54,763 bases of DNA from Akkermansiaceae bacterium (GCA_051251915.1 JBPOGF010000022.1:1-54763), one strand, 5' to 3'. Counted from the stretch's first letter, positions 35,511 through 46,242 are shown. Translations and numbers: made by a program. The notes: generated by a model from the letters alone, not told the origin.

Positions 35511-37616
35511 TTAGAGTGAGCCTGCGATGACGAGGGAGACGATGGCCATGACGTTGATGATGATGTTCATGGATGGGCCTGAGGTGTCCTTGAATGGGTC
35601 ACCTACGGTGTCGCCTACTACACAGGCTTCGTGGACTGGTGAGCCCTTGCCTCCGTGGTGGCCGTCTTCGACGTATTTTTTAGCGTTGTCCCATGCTCCG
35701 CCTGCGTTTGACATCATGAGTGCCATGAGGATACAGCCGAGGAGTGCTCCGATGAGGCAGCCTGTGAGGGCGATGGCTCCGGTGTCTCCGCCGCCGATTG
35801 CCTTGAACCCGAATCCAACTACGATGGGGGTGCCTACTGCGAGGATGGCTGGGAGGATCATGCGCTTGGTGGCGGCTGCGGTGGCGATGTCTACGCATTT
35901 GTCAGAATCTGGTTCTACGCCTTCTTTTCCTTCTAGAAGTCCTGGGATTTCTCTGAACTGGCGGCGGATTTCTGTGATCATTTCGAAGGCGGCGTCACCG
36001 ACAGCGGTCATGGTGATGGCTCCATTAAGGAATGGGACTATTCCGCCGATGAAGAGTCCTACGAAGAAGGTGGAGAGGACGGTTTCATCCAAGAAGTTGA
36101 AGTTCTGGATGTCTGCTTTCTGGATGAAGGCGGTGATGAGAGCGAGGGCTGCGAGTCCGGCTGCTCCGATGGCGAAACCTTTACCGATGGCTGCGGTGGT
36201 GTTTCCTACTGCGTCAAGACCGTCTGTGATCTTGCGGGTTTCTGGTCCCATGGCTGCCATTTCTGCGATTCCGCCGGCGTTGTCAGCGACTGGTCCGTAG
36301 GCATCAATGGCCATGGTGATGCCGACTGTTCCTAGCATTCCAACTGCGGCGAGGCCAACTCCGTAGAGTCCGGCTGCATGGTAGGATGCGTAGATGGTGG
36401 CGGAGAGTGTGAGTAGTGGGATGGCTACGGAGCGGAGACCTACTGAGAGACCTGCGATCATGACGGTAGCGACTCCGGTTTCACCTTGTGCGGCGATGTC
36501 ACGGACTGGCTTGCCGCCAGTGTAGTGCTCGGTGACGAGGCCTATGATGATACCACCGACTGCTCCGCAGAGCACGGCGATGGCTGGGTTGCTGTTGAGT
36601 CCGAAGTTAGCACAGACTCCGAATGCGGAGGCTATGAAGATGACTGCTGCACCGATGGTTCCTATACGGAGGGCGGATGCAGGGTCTTTTGATGACATGG
36701 CCTTTACGAGTAGGATTCCGAGTAGTGAGCAGAAGAGGCCTACTGTGGTGAGGGCGAGTGGTAGGAACATGAGGGACTTGGCAACGGCGGTCATGGTTTC
36801 TGCGGTGGCATCTGCGGCGACGCCTACTTTGGTGAGTAGGACGTGTCCGCCTTCTGCGATGGCACGTGCGGCGACTGCACCTGCGATGGCGATGGATGCG
36901 ATCTGGGCGCCACAGTATGATTCAAAGATGTCTGAGCCCATGCCGGCTACGTCGCCTACGTTGTCACCTACGTTATCTGCGATGACGCCTGGGTTGCGGG
37001 GATCGTCTTCAGGGATTCCGGCTTCGACTTTACCTACGAGGTCGGCACCGACGTCGGCCGCCTTGGTGAAAATGCCACCACCTACGCGGTAGAAGAGGGC
37101 AACGAGTGAGGCACCCATGGCGAATCCTTCCATGACTTCAGCTACGTGAGCTGAGTCAGAGAGCTGCCAGAAGAGGACACCGAGTCCGATGAGACCCATG
37201 GATGCGACGGTGAGTCCCATGACTGAGCCACCGAAGAATGCTACGTTGAGGGCCGCGGCGGCGCCTTGTTCTTTGGCGGCGATGGTGGTGCGGACGTTGG
37301 CTTTAGTGGCGGTGTACATGCCTACGAATCCAGCGAAGGAGGAGGCGATACAACCGAATAGGAAGGCTCCGGCTTGGAGTTTTCCGTATTCTGGTTTTTG
37401 GAAGAAGAAGAGGGCTGCGGCGATGACGACTGCGAAGAGCGAGATGAGCATGAATTCACGTTTCATGAAGACCATGGCACCGCGTTGGATTTTCTCGGCG
37501 ATTTCTGCCACTTTACCTTCTCCGCCTGATTTCTTGACGATGGAGGCTAATATTATACCAGCGATGAGGAGGCCAATGAGGCCAACGATCGGGGTGAGTA
37601 TGTACATTTCGGACAT
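35511..37616 (-). CDS. hppA: membrane-bound ion-translocating pyrophosphatase, K+-dependent type (probably Na+-PPase)
   Basis: GGGIFTKAADVGADLVGKVE, DNVGDNVGD, GNTTAA (Ala = K+-dependent), GDTVGDPFKD. Confidence 0.95.
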   Translation of the reverse strand: MSEMYILTPIVGLIGLLIAGIILASIVKKSGGEGKVAEIAEKIQRGAMVFMKREFMLISLFAVVIAAALFFFQKPEYGKLQAGAFLFGCIASSFAGFVGMYTATKANVRTTIAAKEQGAAAALNVAFFGGSVMGLTVASMGLIGLGVLFWQLSDSAHVAEVMEGFAMGASLVALFYRVGGGIFTKAADVGADLVGKVEAGIPEDDPRNPGVIADNVGDNVGDVAGMGSDIFESYCGAQIASIAIAGAVAARAIAEGGHVLLTKVGVAADATAETMTAVAKSLMFLPLALTTVGLFCSLLGILLVKAMSSKDPASALRIGTIGAAVIFIASAFGVCANFGLNSNPAIAVLCGAVGGIIIGLVTEHYTGGKPVRDIAAQGETGVATVMIAGLSVGLRSVAIPLLTLSATIYASYHAAGLYGVGLAAVGMLGTVGITMAIDAYGPVADNAGGIAEMAAMGPETRKITDGLDAVGNTTAAIGKGFAIGAAGLAALALITAFIQKADIQNFNFLDETVLSTFFVGLFIGGIVPFLNGAITMTAVGDAAFEMITEIRRQFREIPGLLEGKEGVEPDSDKCVDIATAAATKRMILPAILAVGTPIVVGFGFKAIGGGDTGAIALTGCLIGALLGCILMALMMSNAGGAWDNAKKYVEDGHHGGKGSPVHEACVVGDTVGDPFKDTSGPSMNIIINVMAIVSLVIAGSL

Positions 37617-37837
37617 AGGGTTTGTGTGTTGGGATTTTGTTTAGGGTTGGTTCATTTTTCTAGCATCAGAATGATATCCAGAAAATAGATTAACACCTAG
37701 ATTAATAGTCACACAGCTAAACGCAATCACAAAAAATGTCTAAACGATGTGAAATGTTTATCTCTCTGATTGTGTTTGAGTTTGTATGGAAGAGGTATGG
37801 CTTGCAATGAGCTGAGATTCTTCAGATAGTTTACTGG

Positions 37838-38962
37838 ATGAAGCCATTATTTATAACAATATTCACGATGCTCTTTCTGGGGGCTGACTCTATGGGGGTG
37901 GACCGTTTTTTTCGTGAGGTTTTACTTCAAGATGTGCAGACTTGGAAGGGTAAGAATGGTAAGGCGTTTCGGGGGACGTTTTTGAAATTTGAGAACAACA
38001 TGATTTATGTGATGAAGGACCGGGGTGACACTATTTATGAGGTTGATGTGGATAATCTCCACGAGGACACTAGGGTGTGGTTTATGAAAGAATGGGGGAA
38101 AAGGGAGACTGCGCGAAAGGTCAAAGAAGGTAAGGTGGCTGGAGTAATGCCACGGGTGAAGCTGGTGTCAGGAAAGGTGCAGGATATGAGAAGGGGTGGT
38201 CTAGTGGATACTACAGGGTTTAGGCTGGTGGAGGAGGAGAAAGCGAATAGGTCAATCGTTCCTAATTTCAATCAATCTGATTATGGTAAGAAGGCGAGTG
38301 ACTGTGTTCCAAATAGTTTTGCGATGTTTGTGGCCTGGTGGAATGTGAGTGGGTGGCTGAAAATAGAGGAGAAGGAGAATGATTATATAAAAAGGGTGGA
38401 GTGGATTCATCAACGCTTGGCACGGAAGATGGGTACAAGGAATAATTCTGGGACTAGTGTGTGGGGCGCCGGGGATGAGTTGACGGATTTTTTTACTAAT
38501 GAAGTGAAGAGTAAGGTGGCGTTTACTTATGAGATTGTGGAGGATTATAGGCCTGAAAACCTTGCTCGGTATGTGAAGGGGGCGAACTGTACGGTTTTAT
38601 GTGTTTCTACTTTTTATGGGAAGAGGTCACAAGGGGGGCATGCGGTGGCTCTTAAGAGTCTGAGTGAAGATGGGACGATAGAGTTTAATACATGGGGGTA
38701 TGAGATGAAGGGGAAGCTGAAGGCAGTGCCGGATAGCGAGAAGGATAAGAGAGTGAGGGTGATGGATGAGAAAGGACGCATGACTCAGAAGGTGATTAAG
38801 CTTCCTCAGTATGAGATAGAGTTGATCAACCGGACTACGTTGCCTGAGTGGTTTGTGAATCAGGAGGTGCGGTTTGTTATGGATCCTGAGCAGACCGATA
38901 ATTTGGTGGTGCTCACTCCTTACTTGCCGATTGAGAAGGAAGGTGCTGAGCAGCCGAAGTGA
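37838..38962 (+). CDS. secreted protein: SHD1-like N-domain + papain/C39-like cysteine peptidase domain
   Basis: TWKGKNGKAFRG...NLHEDTR; Q...DCVPNS, GGHAVAL, FNTWG (Cys-His-Asn). Confidence 0.6.
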   Translation: MKPLFITIFTMLFLGADSMGVDRFFREVLLQDVQTWKGKNGKAFRGTFLKFENNMIYVMKDRGDTIYEVDVDNLHEDTRVWFMKEWGKRETARKVKEGKVAGVMPRVKLVSGKVQDMRRGGLVDTTGFRLVEEEKANRSIVPNFNQSDYGKKASDCVPNSFAMFVAWWNVSGWLKIEEKENDYIKRVEWIHQRLARKMGTRNNSGTSVWGAGDELTDFFTNEVKSKVAFTYEIVEDYRPENLARYVKGANCTVLCVSTFYGKRSQGGHAVALKSLSEDGTIEFNTWGYEMKGKLKAVPDSEKDKRVRVMDEKGRMTQKVIKLPQYEIELINRTTLPEWFVNQEVRFVMDPEQTDNLVVLTPYLPIEKEGAEQPK

Positions 38963-38981
38963 TATTGTGGAGCTTTGTTGG

Positions 38982-39818
38982 TTATTTGTATTCCATGCGG
39001 ATGCCTTTGCTGAGGCGCTGGCCTTTTTCATCGATGAGGATGGAGCGGAGGTCGAAGCCGTCTAGGAAGCGGTTGCTGGAGGATTTAAACTCGAGTTCGA
39101 AGGCGCCGGTGTCTTTGGAGTCTAGCATGCTCCAGGTAAGTTTTTTGCGGCCTATTTTATCTGCTTTTAGCATGATGCTGGTGGGGAGGTTGGCGGTGAG
39201 CTTTTCCGGGTCTTGGACTACGTAGAGTGGTATTCTTTCGTCTTTTTCTTTTTTAAATTCTACTCTTACTTCATCGCCACGGGTTTTGCCTTTGAGTTCT
39301 TTTTCATCGTATTTTGATGAGGTTGGCATGAGGTCTGGCATCTTGCATTCTAGGACGAGGCGGTAGTCGGCTTCGTCAGCGTCTTTAGGAGTGTTAGCGA
39401 ATTCTGACTGGATATTGACGCCGTATTTATCGAATTCGATCATGACTTTGAATTTTACGTCGCCGGTGACGGTGGCAACGAATTCTACTTTTTCTTGGCC
39501 GAATTCTACTTTGTCGCCGGTGGTGAATCCATCGAGTGAGGTTTTCTTTTGGACCCATTTTTCACCATCTTTATCGCGTCTCTCTACACGGATTTGAGCT
39601 TCTACTGGCCAGCTGGTATTGATACGTTGGTTTTTCCTAGGCGCGAAATAGAGGATGACTTGGCCGCTAGTGTCTACGCCTAATTCAAATCCTGATCCTT
39701 GAAACCCAGCATAATAGCTAGCCCAACCTTTTTCGTCTAGGCTAGGTAGTGGGTTAGCAAGTGCGCTGGTGGTAGTGAGCGCGCTGAGGAATAGTGTGCA
39801 AAGAAGAGGTAGTTTCAT
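38982..39818 (-). CDS. hypothetical secreted protein
   Basis: ATG 39818 starts signal MKLPLLCTLFLSALTTTSALA. Confidence 0.7.
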   Translation of the reverse strand: MKLPLLCTLFLSALTTTSALANPLPSLDEKGWASYYAGFQGSGFELGVDTSGQVILYFAPRKNQRINTSWPVEAQIRVERRDKDGEKWVQKKTSLDGFTTGDKVEFGQEKVEFVATVTGDVKFKVMIEFDKYGVNIQSEFANTPKDADEADYRLVLECKMPDLMPTSSKYDEKELKGKTRGDEVRVEFKKEKDERIPLYVVQDPEKLTANLPTSIMLKADKIGRKKLTWSMLDSKDTGAFELEFKSSSNRFLDGFDLRSILIDEKGQRLSKGIRMEYK

Positions 39819-39981
39819 AGTGGTTGTGATTGTATTATCGATTTGAACATACACGTGTTCCGATGTGAGGGGAACTATTAATTTGTGACGAGGTTGGCTT
39901 ATACGTTTTCATCGTTATTCGGACTCAATAGTTGGTGTGAATTATAATGGGCTATTGAACCACTATCACTATTCAATGGTA

Positions 39982-40533
39982 TTAGGTGGATTCTTGGATC
40001 TCTAGAGGGAACCATTTTTTGGTGCGTTTCTTGCCGAAGAAGTTGACGATGGCGGAGAGGGTGATGATTTTTAGGTCGATGTAGAGTGATTTGTTAGAGA
40101 GGTAGAGTTGCTCAAGTTCCCATGAGTGGATGGCGCTGGTGCCGCCGTATATCTGGACTAGTCCGGTGAGGCCTGGGATGACGCTCCAGCGGGTGCGGTG
40201 CTGGGGGCCATCCCAGCCAAGGCGGGTGACGTCATCTTGGGTGAGGGGGCGGGGGCCGACGGTGGACATTTTCCCTCGTAGGATGAGGATGAACTGGAGG
40301 AATTCATCGAGGGCGGTGGCGCGAAGCCATTTGCCTACGCGGGTGACTTTTCCATCGCGCATGGTGCGGAATTTCCAGACGGTGAAGGGGCGTTTGTGTT
40401 TTCCTAGTCGGGTTTGGGTGAAGAGGATGGGGCCGCGGTCATCGAGTAGGATGAGGAGTGGGATGATGGCTAGGATGGGGGAGAATATGAGGAGGGCGGT
40501 GAGGGCTACGAGGATGTCGAATATTCTGATCAT
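39982..40533 (-). CDS. small monotopic phosphoglycosyl (sugar) transferase, PglC/WcaJ catalytic-domain type
   Basis: RIFDI, KFRTM, LDEFLQF, VGPRP, PGLTGLVQ. Confidence 0.88.
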   Translation of the reverse strand: MIRIFDILVALTALLIFSPILAIIPLLILLDDRGPILFTQTRLGKHKRPFTVWKFRTMRDGKVTRVGKWLRATALDEFLQFILILRGKMSTVGPRPLTQDDVTRLGWDGPQHRTRWSVIPGLTGLVQIYGGTSAIHSWELEQLYLSNKSLYIDLKIITLSAIVNFFGKKRTKKWFPLEIQEST

Positions 40534-40547
40534 GGTTATGGTTATGA

Positions 40548-41330
40548 TTATGGTTGGGGTAGGGTTTGAAAATGATCAGTGTTTCTACTTCTGTTAGATT
40601 TGTAGTCTTTAGAGTGTTTACGGAGGGTGATGATGAAGTGGTCTAGGGCGTGCCAGATTTCTTGGTAGAATTCTGAGTTTTTGCCGCCTAGGGCACGGAT
40701 GGCTTTGCCGTGGTTGATCCAGAGCATGGTGCCGGCGGCGAGGCCCATGACGTTGAAGATGCCAGCCCAGAGCATGCCGAATTTTTTGTTGGATCTTGCC
40801 ATTCTGTCTTTGTGGAAGGCGATGTGTCCGGTTTCGTCACGGATGACGAGGCGGCACATTTGGGCGATGGCTGGGTCTTTGGGGCCGCCGTGCTGGAGCA
40901 TCATTTGGTAATACACGTTGCTGACTATTTCTGTGAGGATGAGGGTGCGGAGTTCAAAACTTACCCCTAGGATTTTTCTGACGAGGCAGAAGATGGAGAA
41001 GCTCCAGTGGGATTCTATTTTCTGGCCGCCGAAGCGTTTTACGGCGTCGCCGAGGAGTCGGGAGTGCTCGGCTTCTTCTAGGAACCAGAGGTCGACTAGT
41101 TCACGGGCGTGTGGCTGGGAGAGGAATTTTTCTCTATCCCAAGCGGTTAGGTAGCAGGGGCCGCCACCGTCACCGAGCTCGAACTGGGCTAGTGAGGGGA
41201 GGAGGGTTTGGATTTGGTGGTGGGTGAGCTGGGTGGGGGCGTCCCAGTATGGTTCTGGACGGTCACGTTGATTGTTTTTGAAGTGGTTTAGCCAAAGGTT
41301 TCGCCAGCGGTTTATGTTCATGTGTTTCAT
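40548..41330 (-). CDS. ferritin-like di-iron domain protein
   Basis: QFELGD, EEAEH, EIVSNVYY, DETGH ligand pattern. Confidence 0.75.
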   Translation of the reverse strand: MKHMNINRWRNLWLNHFKNNQRDRPEPYWDAPTQLTHHQIQTLLPSLAQFELGDGGGPCYLTAWDREKFLSQPHARELVDLWFLEEAEHSRLLGDAVKRFGGQKIESHWSFSIFCLVRKILGVSFELRTLILTEIVSNVYYQMMLQHGGPKDPAIAQMCRLVIRDETGHIAFHKDRMARSNKKFGMLWAGIFNVMGLAAGTMLWINHGKAIRALGGKNSEFYQEIWHALDHFIITLRKHSKDYKSNRSRNTDHFQTLPQP

Positions 41331-41500
41331 CGGGTATAAGATGGTCACCTATTATGAAATTTTGATGCGGGCGGTGTGAAAAATTGGTGAATTTTTTTCG
41401 ATATAACTTCATTGGTTGTAAGAAAGTAAGGGGTGAATGAGTATGTTTAGTGATTTTAAATTTGTCCACAGGGTCTATATTTACTTAACTCCAATCTCGA

Positions 41501-42835
41501 ATGAACTATATTATTACGATCAGCATTTTACTTATCATCACACTGGCTCAGGTGTTTGGTGCGCAGATTAGTGTTGAGTCGTTAGATGATTTTAATGAGG
41601 CGATTGCGAAGAGTGGCAATACTATTAAATTAGCTCCTGGGGAGTATGATCTGAAGGATGTTTCTGGTCGGAAGAAGATTATTGATTTTACGGGGTCGGA
41701 TAACAACATTGATCTGAGAGGTGTTCATGTAAATGCGACTGTTGGTTTGGTGAATTATTCTTATGTGAAGATTACGGGGAATAAGAATACGATTGTGGGT
41801 GGGGAGTTCGAGGATACTTATGGTAGTGGGTTAAAAGATGTTGAAAACTTTAGTGCGTATAATAAGGATAAGAAGAAGCATGCATATGGATTACGAGGAG
41901 ATGCTGTGATTTCTATTTTAGGTCAGCATAATACGGTGAAGTCGCTGAAGCTTACGGTGCGAGGATCTTGGCCTTATGGGTATGGGAGTTTTTATGGGAT
42001 AGGGGCGCATAATACGTTTGGGTTGAATAAGCGTTGTGGGATTGTGATCAAGGAGTTGGGGAATACCTTAGATGATGTGGAGGTGCAGATGCGGTCATTT
42101 GGGCATGGGATTTATATGCAGGGTGAGGCTGACAAAACGGTGATCAAGAATTGCTTGGTTGAAGGTGTGCTAAGGAAGACTGCAGAGCTTTATGATGAGA
42201 CAGATTCTGAGGATCTACCTCATCGGACAGGTTATCATTTTCCGAATATGAAGGATTACAAGATGGGGTCGCCTGGGAAATATCCGATCCCGAAAGATAA
42301 GGTTCATGCATTGAGCGAGGATGGGATACGGATGTATGCTATCCGAGGAAGTGTCAGTGTTGAGAATTGCACCGTGAAGAAGATGCGAGGCGGAATAAGG
42401 CTGTATTTAGGTGGGCCAGCCAAAGTCAAAAACTGCAGTGTGCATTATTGCGAATACACTGCCTATAACCTTCCTAAAGGTGGACAAGTAACGGCGTCTG
42501 AGGGTGACTTTAACTTCGGCCCGCTGTCTGATTATAGAATGAGGCGGAGTTCGACCAAGGCTGAGTGGACAGTTTTACGATCACCCCATGCGATCGGGAA
42601 TCATAATCTTATGGATCTGGAAGGGAATAATCATCACATTACGTTAAACCGTAAGCCTGGGGCTATGGATAGGGATGAGAAGAGGGCGATTCATGTGACG
42701 GGGAATGACTCTACGATTATTAATAAGACTGAGTATGCGATTGTTTTGGAGAAGGGGACTAAAGGGAATAAGGTTACGAGTTATGGGCCGGTGACGGATC
42801 ATGGTAGGAACGAGGTGAGTAAGGGCGGAAGGTAG
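41501..42835 (+). CDS. secreted right-handed beta-helix (pectin-lyase-like) protein
   Basis: Signal peptide; TIKLAPGEY, HGIYMQG, VIKNCLVEG, EDGIRMY, VENCTV repeats. Confidence 0.7.
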   Translation: MNYIITISILLIITLAQVFGAQISVESLDDFNEAIAKSGNTIKLAPGEYDLKDVSGRKKIIDFTGSDNNIDLRGVHVNATVGLVNYSYVKITGNKNTIVGGEFEDTYGSGLKDVENFSAYNKDKKKHAYGLRGDAVISILGQHNTVKSLKLTVRGSWPYGYGSFYGIGAHNTFGLNKRCGIVIKELGNTLDDVEVQMRSFGHGIYMQGEADKTVIKNCLVEGVLRKTAELYDETDSEDLPHRTGYHFPNMKDYKMGSPGKYPIPKDKVHALSEDGIRMYAIRGSVSVENCTVKKMRGGIRLYLGGPAKVKNCSVHYCEYTAYNLPKGGQVTASEGDFNFGPLSDYRMRRSSTKAEWTVLRSPHAIGNHNLMDLEGNNHHITLNRKPGAMDRDEKRAIHVTGNDSTIINKTEYAIVLEKGTKGNKVTSYGPVTDHGRNEVSKGGR

Positions 42836-42890
42836 GTGGGCGCTAGGGGATGCGGAGAGTGTTCATTTATCTCAGTGGAAAATCAATTAC

Positions 42891-43127
42891 ATGACTAAAT
42901 ATCAATTTTATATTCTTAGAAATCTTTTGTCTTGGGTTGTGGTAGCGCTTTTTTTGATGGTGGCTCTGATTTGTGAGAATAGTGGGCGGGAGTTTGTGGG
43001 GTTTATTGCTATTTGTGTAGCAGTTTTGTTTCTTTTCGGGATAGTTGTTAGAGTATTTTTTTATGCTGATGCTGATGTAAAGGAGTCGCTTGATGATGGA
43101 GTTGATGGCAATGATTCTGAGGAGTAG
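42891..43127 (+). CDS. small 2-TM hypothetical protein
   Basis: Two hydrophobic segments and an acidic tail. Confidence 0.55.
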   Translation: MTKYQFYILRNLLSWVVVALFLMVALICENSGREFVGFIAICVAVLFLFGIVVRVFFYADADVKESLDDGVDGNDSEE

Positions 43128-43191
43128 GATTTTGTCTTAAAGGGATGTGAAAGTTGTGGAATGATGGTCGCTCTTATGGTGTATTGTCATT

Positions 43192-43674
43192 ATGCAGAAA
43201 GGAGTGAGTAAGTCAGATATAGGGTGGCTGTTAGTGAAGCTAGTGGGAGTTTATTTAGTTTATGCTGGGATAGTTGGTTTGTTGACGGCGTTTGTGGTTC
43301 GGTCAAATTTAGAAGATTCTATGGCTAGCTTGTCTGAGAGGTATAAAAACATTCCGAAGTATAAACCTGCGGCTAGGGCATCGATTCCATTTCAGGGGAT
43401 CTACTGGATACCGTTGATGTCTTTGGGAATTGGGGGGTATTTATTGGCATCGGGTAGGGTGTTGCACCGAGTGTTGATGATGGTTCCGCTGGATAGTGTT
43501 ACGGTAGGAGACAAGATGAATGATGATGAGGAGCTGGTAGATGTGAAAGGGTTGAGTGCAGTGGAGCACGGTCAATTTAAGGAGTGGTTAGTTAGGAATC
43601 CAGAGATGATGAAGAGGTCACTGGTCGATGCTGTAGCGTTGTTTAGAGATGCTCAGAAATCTGATGTTGCATAG
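43192..43674 (+). CDS. hypothetical membrane protein
   Basis: Two TM segments; 160-aa ORF. Confidence 0.7.
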   Translation: MQKGVSKSDIGWLLVKLVGVYLVYAGIVGLLTAFVVRSNLEDSMASLSERYKNIPKYKPAARASIPFQGIYWIPLMSLGIGGYLLASGRVLHRVLMMVPLDSVTVGDKMNDDEELVDVKGLSAVEHGQFKEWLVRNPEMMKRSLVDAVALFRDAQKSDVA

Positions 43675-43682
43675 AAGGCTAG

Positions 43683-43841
43683 ATGATGAACTTGATGAAA
43701 AATAAATCTGATGAGTCGAAGAGAGTGAAAAGTAAGCGGCCGGCAAGAAGTGATTGGGGATTGGATGCTGGGACGACACCTACTTCTTTGACTGGGGCTA
43801 TGCTTCAAATCTTCGTTGGGTGGTTTAGGCCTAAGAAGTGA
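43683..43841 (+). CDS. possible 52-aa small protein (not in the ORF track)
   Basis: MMNLMKNKSDESKRVKSKRPARSDWGLDAGTTPTSLTGAMLQIFVGWFRPKK, starting 8 bp after the previous stop. Confidence 0.35.
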   Translation: MMNLMKNKSDESKRVKSKRPARSDWGLDAGTTPTSLTGAMLQIFVGWFRPKK

Positions 43842-43851
43842 GGGGGGAGGT

Positions 43852-43886
43852 GAATTATGAATTATGAATTATGAATGGTGAATGGT
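43852..43886 (+). repeat. heptamer tandem repeat (GAATTAT)3(GAATGGT)2
   Basis: Seen directly. Confidence 0.8.
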
Positions 43887-43938
43887 TTTTGTTTTATCAC
43901 TTGCTCTCTGATGTAGAGTGATTTAGATTTCGCTCATC

Positions 43939-45120
43939 ATGAAAAAATCAATTTTGACGACATTGTTGTGCCTTCTGCCGGTTGTATTGTTTGCAGCTCC
44001 GCCGAAGGATGTGAAGCAGCTTGCTATTGGTGATGCGGCGCCAGATTTCACGCTTCCGGGGACTGATGGTAAGGAGTATAAGCTGAGTGACTTTAGTGAG
44101 CCGGATGTGTTGATGATTTATTTTACTGGGACGCATTGTCCTACTTCGCACGGGATTGAGTCTCGGTTGCAGAAGTTGGTGGCTGATATGGAGGGTAAGA
44201 GTTTCCAGGTGGTGGCTATTAATCCTAATCACAATGATGGGTTGCGTCCTGATGAGTTTAGTTACTCGAAGTATGATGAGTCATTTGAGAGTTCGAAGCA
44301 GTATGCTGAGGATCTGGGGTGGTCATTTCCATTTCTTTATGATGGTGAGACGCAGAATGTAGCGCGTGCTTATGGGTGCTTAGCGACTCCGCATTTGTTC
44401 ATTTTTGATAAGGAGAGGAAGTTGCAATATAATGGGAGATTTGATGATTCTAGATTTAAGGATCCAGCTACGGTGAAGAAGCCGGATGCGAGGAATGCAG
44501 TGGTTGCGATGCTTGCTGGTGAGCCGGTTCCGGTGGCTGTTACTAAGCCATTTGGGTGCTCTACGAAGTGGAGAGAGAAGAAGGCGGGAGTTATCGAAGA
44601 TGATAAGAAGTGGGCTAGCACTAAGGCAGTGATTGAGGACATCGATGCTGCGGGTATTAAGAAGTTGGTAGCGAATGGGACGAGTAATGTGAGATTGTTT
44701 AATGTGTGGTCTACTACTTGTGTTCCTTGTGTGAGAGAGATGCCAGATATTGCTACGATTTTGAGAAAGTATAGTCGTCGTAACTTGGAGGTGATTACTA
44801 TTTCTCTGGATGATCCTAGTGATAGAGAGAAAGCTGAGGCTTTTCTTGGCAAGACAGGAATGGTTGTGGGTGGTAAGATAGGGGCTGCTTTGAAGAAGGA
44901 TGGGCGGACTACTAATAATTATCTGTTCACTGAAGCTAGTATAGATTCACTGACTGGGGCGCTTGATTCTGAGTGGTCTGGGGCGACTCCTTATACTGTG
45001 ATGGTGGATACTGAGGGTAAGGTTATTTACCGTAAGGAAGGGCTTATTGATGTGAAGGAGCTGGATGCTGAGATCATTAAGGAGCTTACTGAGTATTGGG
45101 ATCCTCCGAAGAAGAAGTAG
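43939..45120 (+). CDS. secreted double thioredoxin-fold redoxin (AhpC/TSA-like + TlpA-like)
   Basis: APDFTLPG, THCPT, ATPHLFIFD, GCSTKW; second domain NVWSTTCVPCVREMP; terminator at 45149-45180. Confidence 0.85.
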   Translation: MKKSILTTLLCLLPVVLFAAPPKDVKQLAIGDAAPDFTLPGTDGKEYKLSDFSEPDVLMIYFTGTHCPTSHGIESRLQKLVADMEGKSFQVVAINPNHNDGLRPDEFSYSKYDESFESSKQYAEDLGWSFPFLYDGETQNVARAYGCLATPHLFIFDKERKLQYNGRFDDSRFKDPATVKKPDARNAVVAMLAGEPVPVAVTKPFGCSTKWREKKAGVIEDDKKWASTKAVIEDIDAAGIKKLVANGTSNVRLFNVWSTTCVPCVREMPDIATILRKYSRRNLEVITISLDDPSDREKAEAFLGKTGMVVGGKIGAALKKDGRTTNNYLFTEASIDSLTGALDSEWSGATPYTVMVDTEGKVIYRKEGLIDVKELDAEIIKELTEYWDPPKKK

Positions 45121-45400
45121 AGATACATATTTGCTTTAAAATCTTTATAAAGAGTCACCTATTCAAGGTGGCTCTTTTTTCGGTATAGGTGTGTGTTTTA
45201 CTACTTTGGGGTAACGAGCGGCAACCCTCGTCATCGCCGTGAAATTATATTGCCAGAGGTAGTCTTTGCATTATTTTAATTTTATTTGATAACATTTTGC
45301 TGAATGTGGCGATTAGGTATTAGTACTTATTATTAGGTCTATCTGGAGATCCAGATTTGGTCGAAAGTGAGTCAAACTTAAACCTAAAAATAAAAAAAAT

Positions 45401-46108
45401 ATGAAAATTAACTATTCAGCTAGTTTATTAGCTGGCTCACTTAGCTTGCTTTCAGCTGGCTTTGCGGAAGCGGCTACGATAATTGGCACTGGTGTCGAAC
45501 AGGTTACTGCTGTTACTGAAATTGTAAATCCTTATGCTGGTGTAGGGGGGGCAATAGTAAAGGCTGTTAATTTAGGTGGTACTGCAATTACAGTTAACGG
45601 ACTCGCTTTTGAAGCCGATAATGCTATCGTAACTGACTCTGTCTCTGCGGCGATCGGAAATGGCTATACTTATGATAATGGTAGTGGTACGAACGGAATG
45701 GCTAATGATGGTGGTAGCGCTGTTTTCGGTTCAGGTACAAGTAGGAACCCTGGTGATGCTAATTATCTTAGTGGTGACACATTGACCTTACTCGCCAATA
45801 CGGATTACCATTTTGAGTTTTACTTAGCGACAGTGCACGGTAGTCGTCAGGCGACAACCAACTACACGATTGGAGGAGTGACTTCTGCCGATACTGTAGT
45901 TTCTCAACCAAACGATCTTACAAGGTATTATGTGCAATTTAACACAGGTGCAGATACGACCTTTTCTTGGGATATTACGGGAGATAGTTTCCACCCTAAA
46001 GTAGAGGCTTACGCTCTTTATCAAGGAGAAACTGTTCCAGAGCCAAGCTCTACTGCCTTGATGGGGCTTGGAGGACTTGCGCTCGTTCTGCGTCGCAGAC
46101 GCGCATAA
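45401..46108 (+). CDS. PEP-CTERM protein
   Basis: Signal ending AEA; VPEPSSTALMGLGGLALVLRRRRA; hairpin at 46156-46191. Confidence 0.92.
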   Translation: MKINYSASLLAGSLSLLSAGFAEAATIIGTGVEQVTAVTEIVNPYAGVGGAIVKAVNLGGTAITVNGLAFEADNAIVTDSVSAAIGNGYTYDNGSGTNGMANDGGSAVFGSGTSRNPGDANYLSGDTLTLLANTDYHFEFYLATVHGSRQATTNYTIGGVTSADTVVSQPNDLTRYYVQFNTGADTTFSWDITGDSFHPKVEAYALYQGETVPEPSSTALMGLGGLALVLRRRRA

Positions 46109-46242
46109 TGTGTGTTTGGGAAGTTTAACTAACTGACGAATTATGTAAATTCTGTAGATGCTCTTGTCCGAAGTGATGGGAGCATCTTTTTACGATTGAT
46201 TTTCTAGTTAGCCACCCGACATTAAGTTGTCTTCAACAGACC

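Noticed and set aside
35527..37644. Long + strand ORFs opposite hppA (and similar shadows opposite other genes)
   Set aside because: Antisense shadows of well-supported genes with no recognisable motifs.
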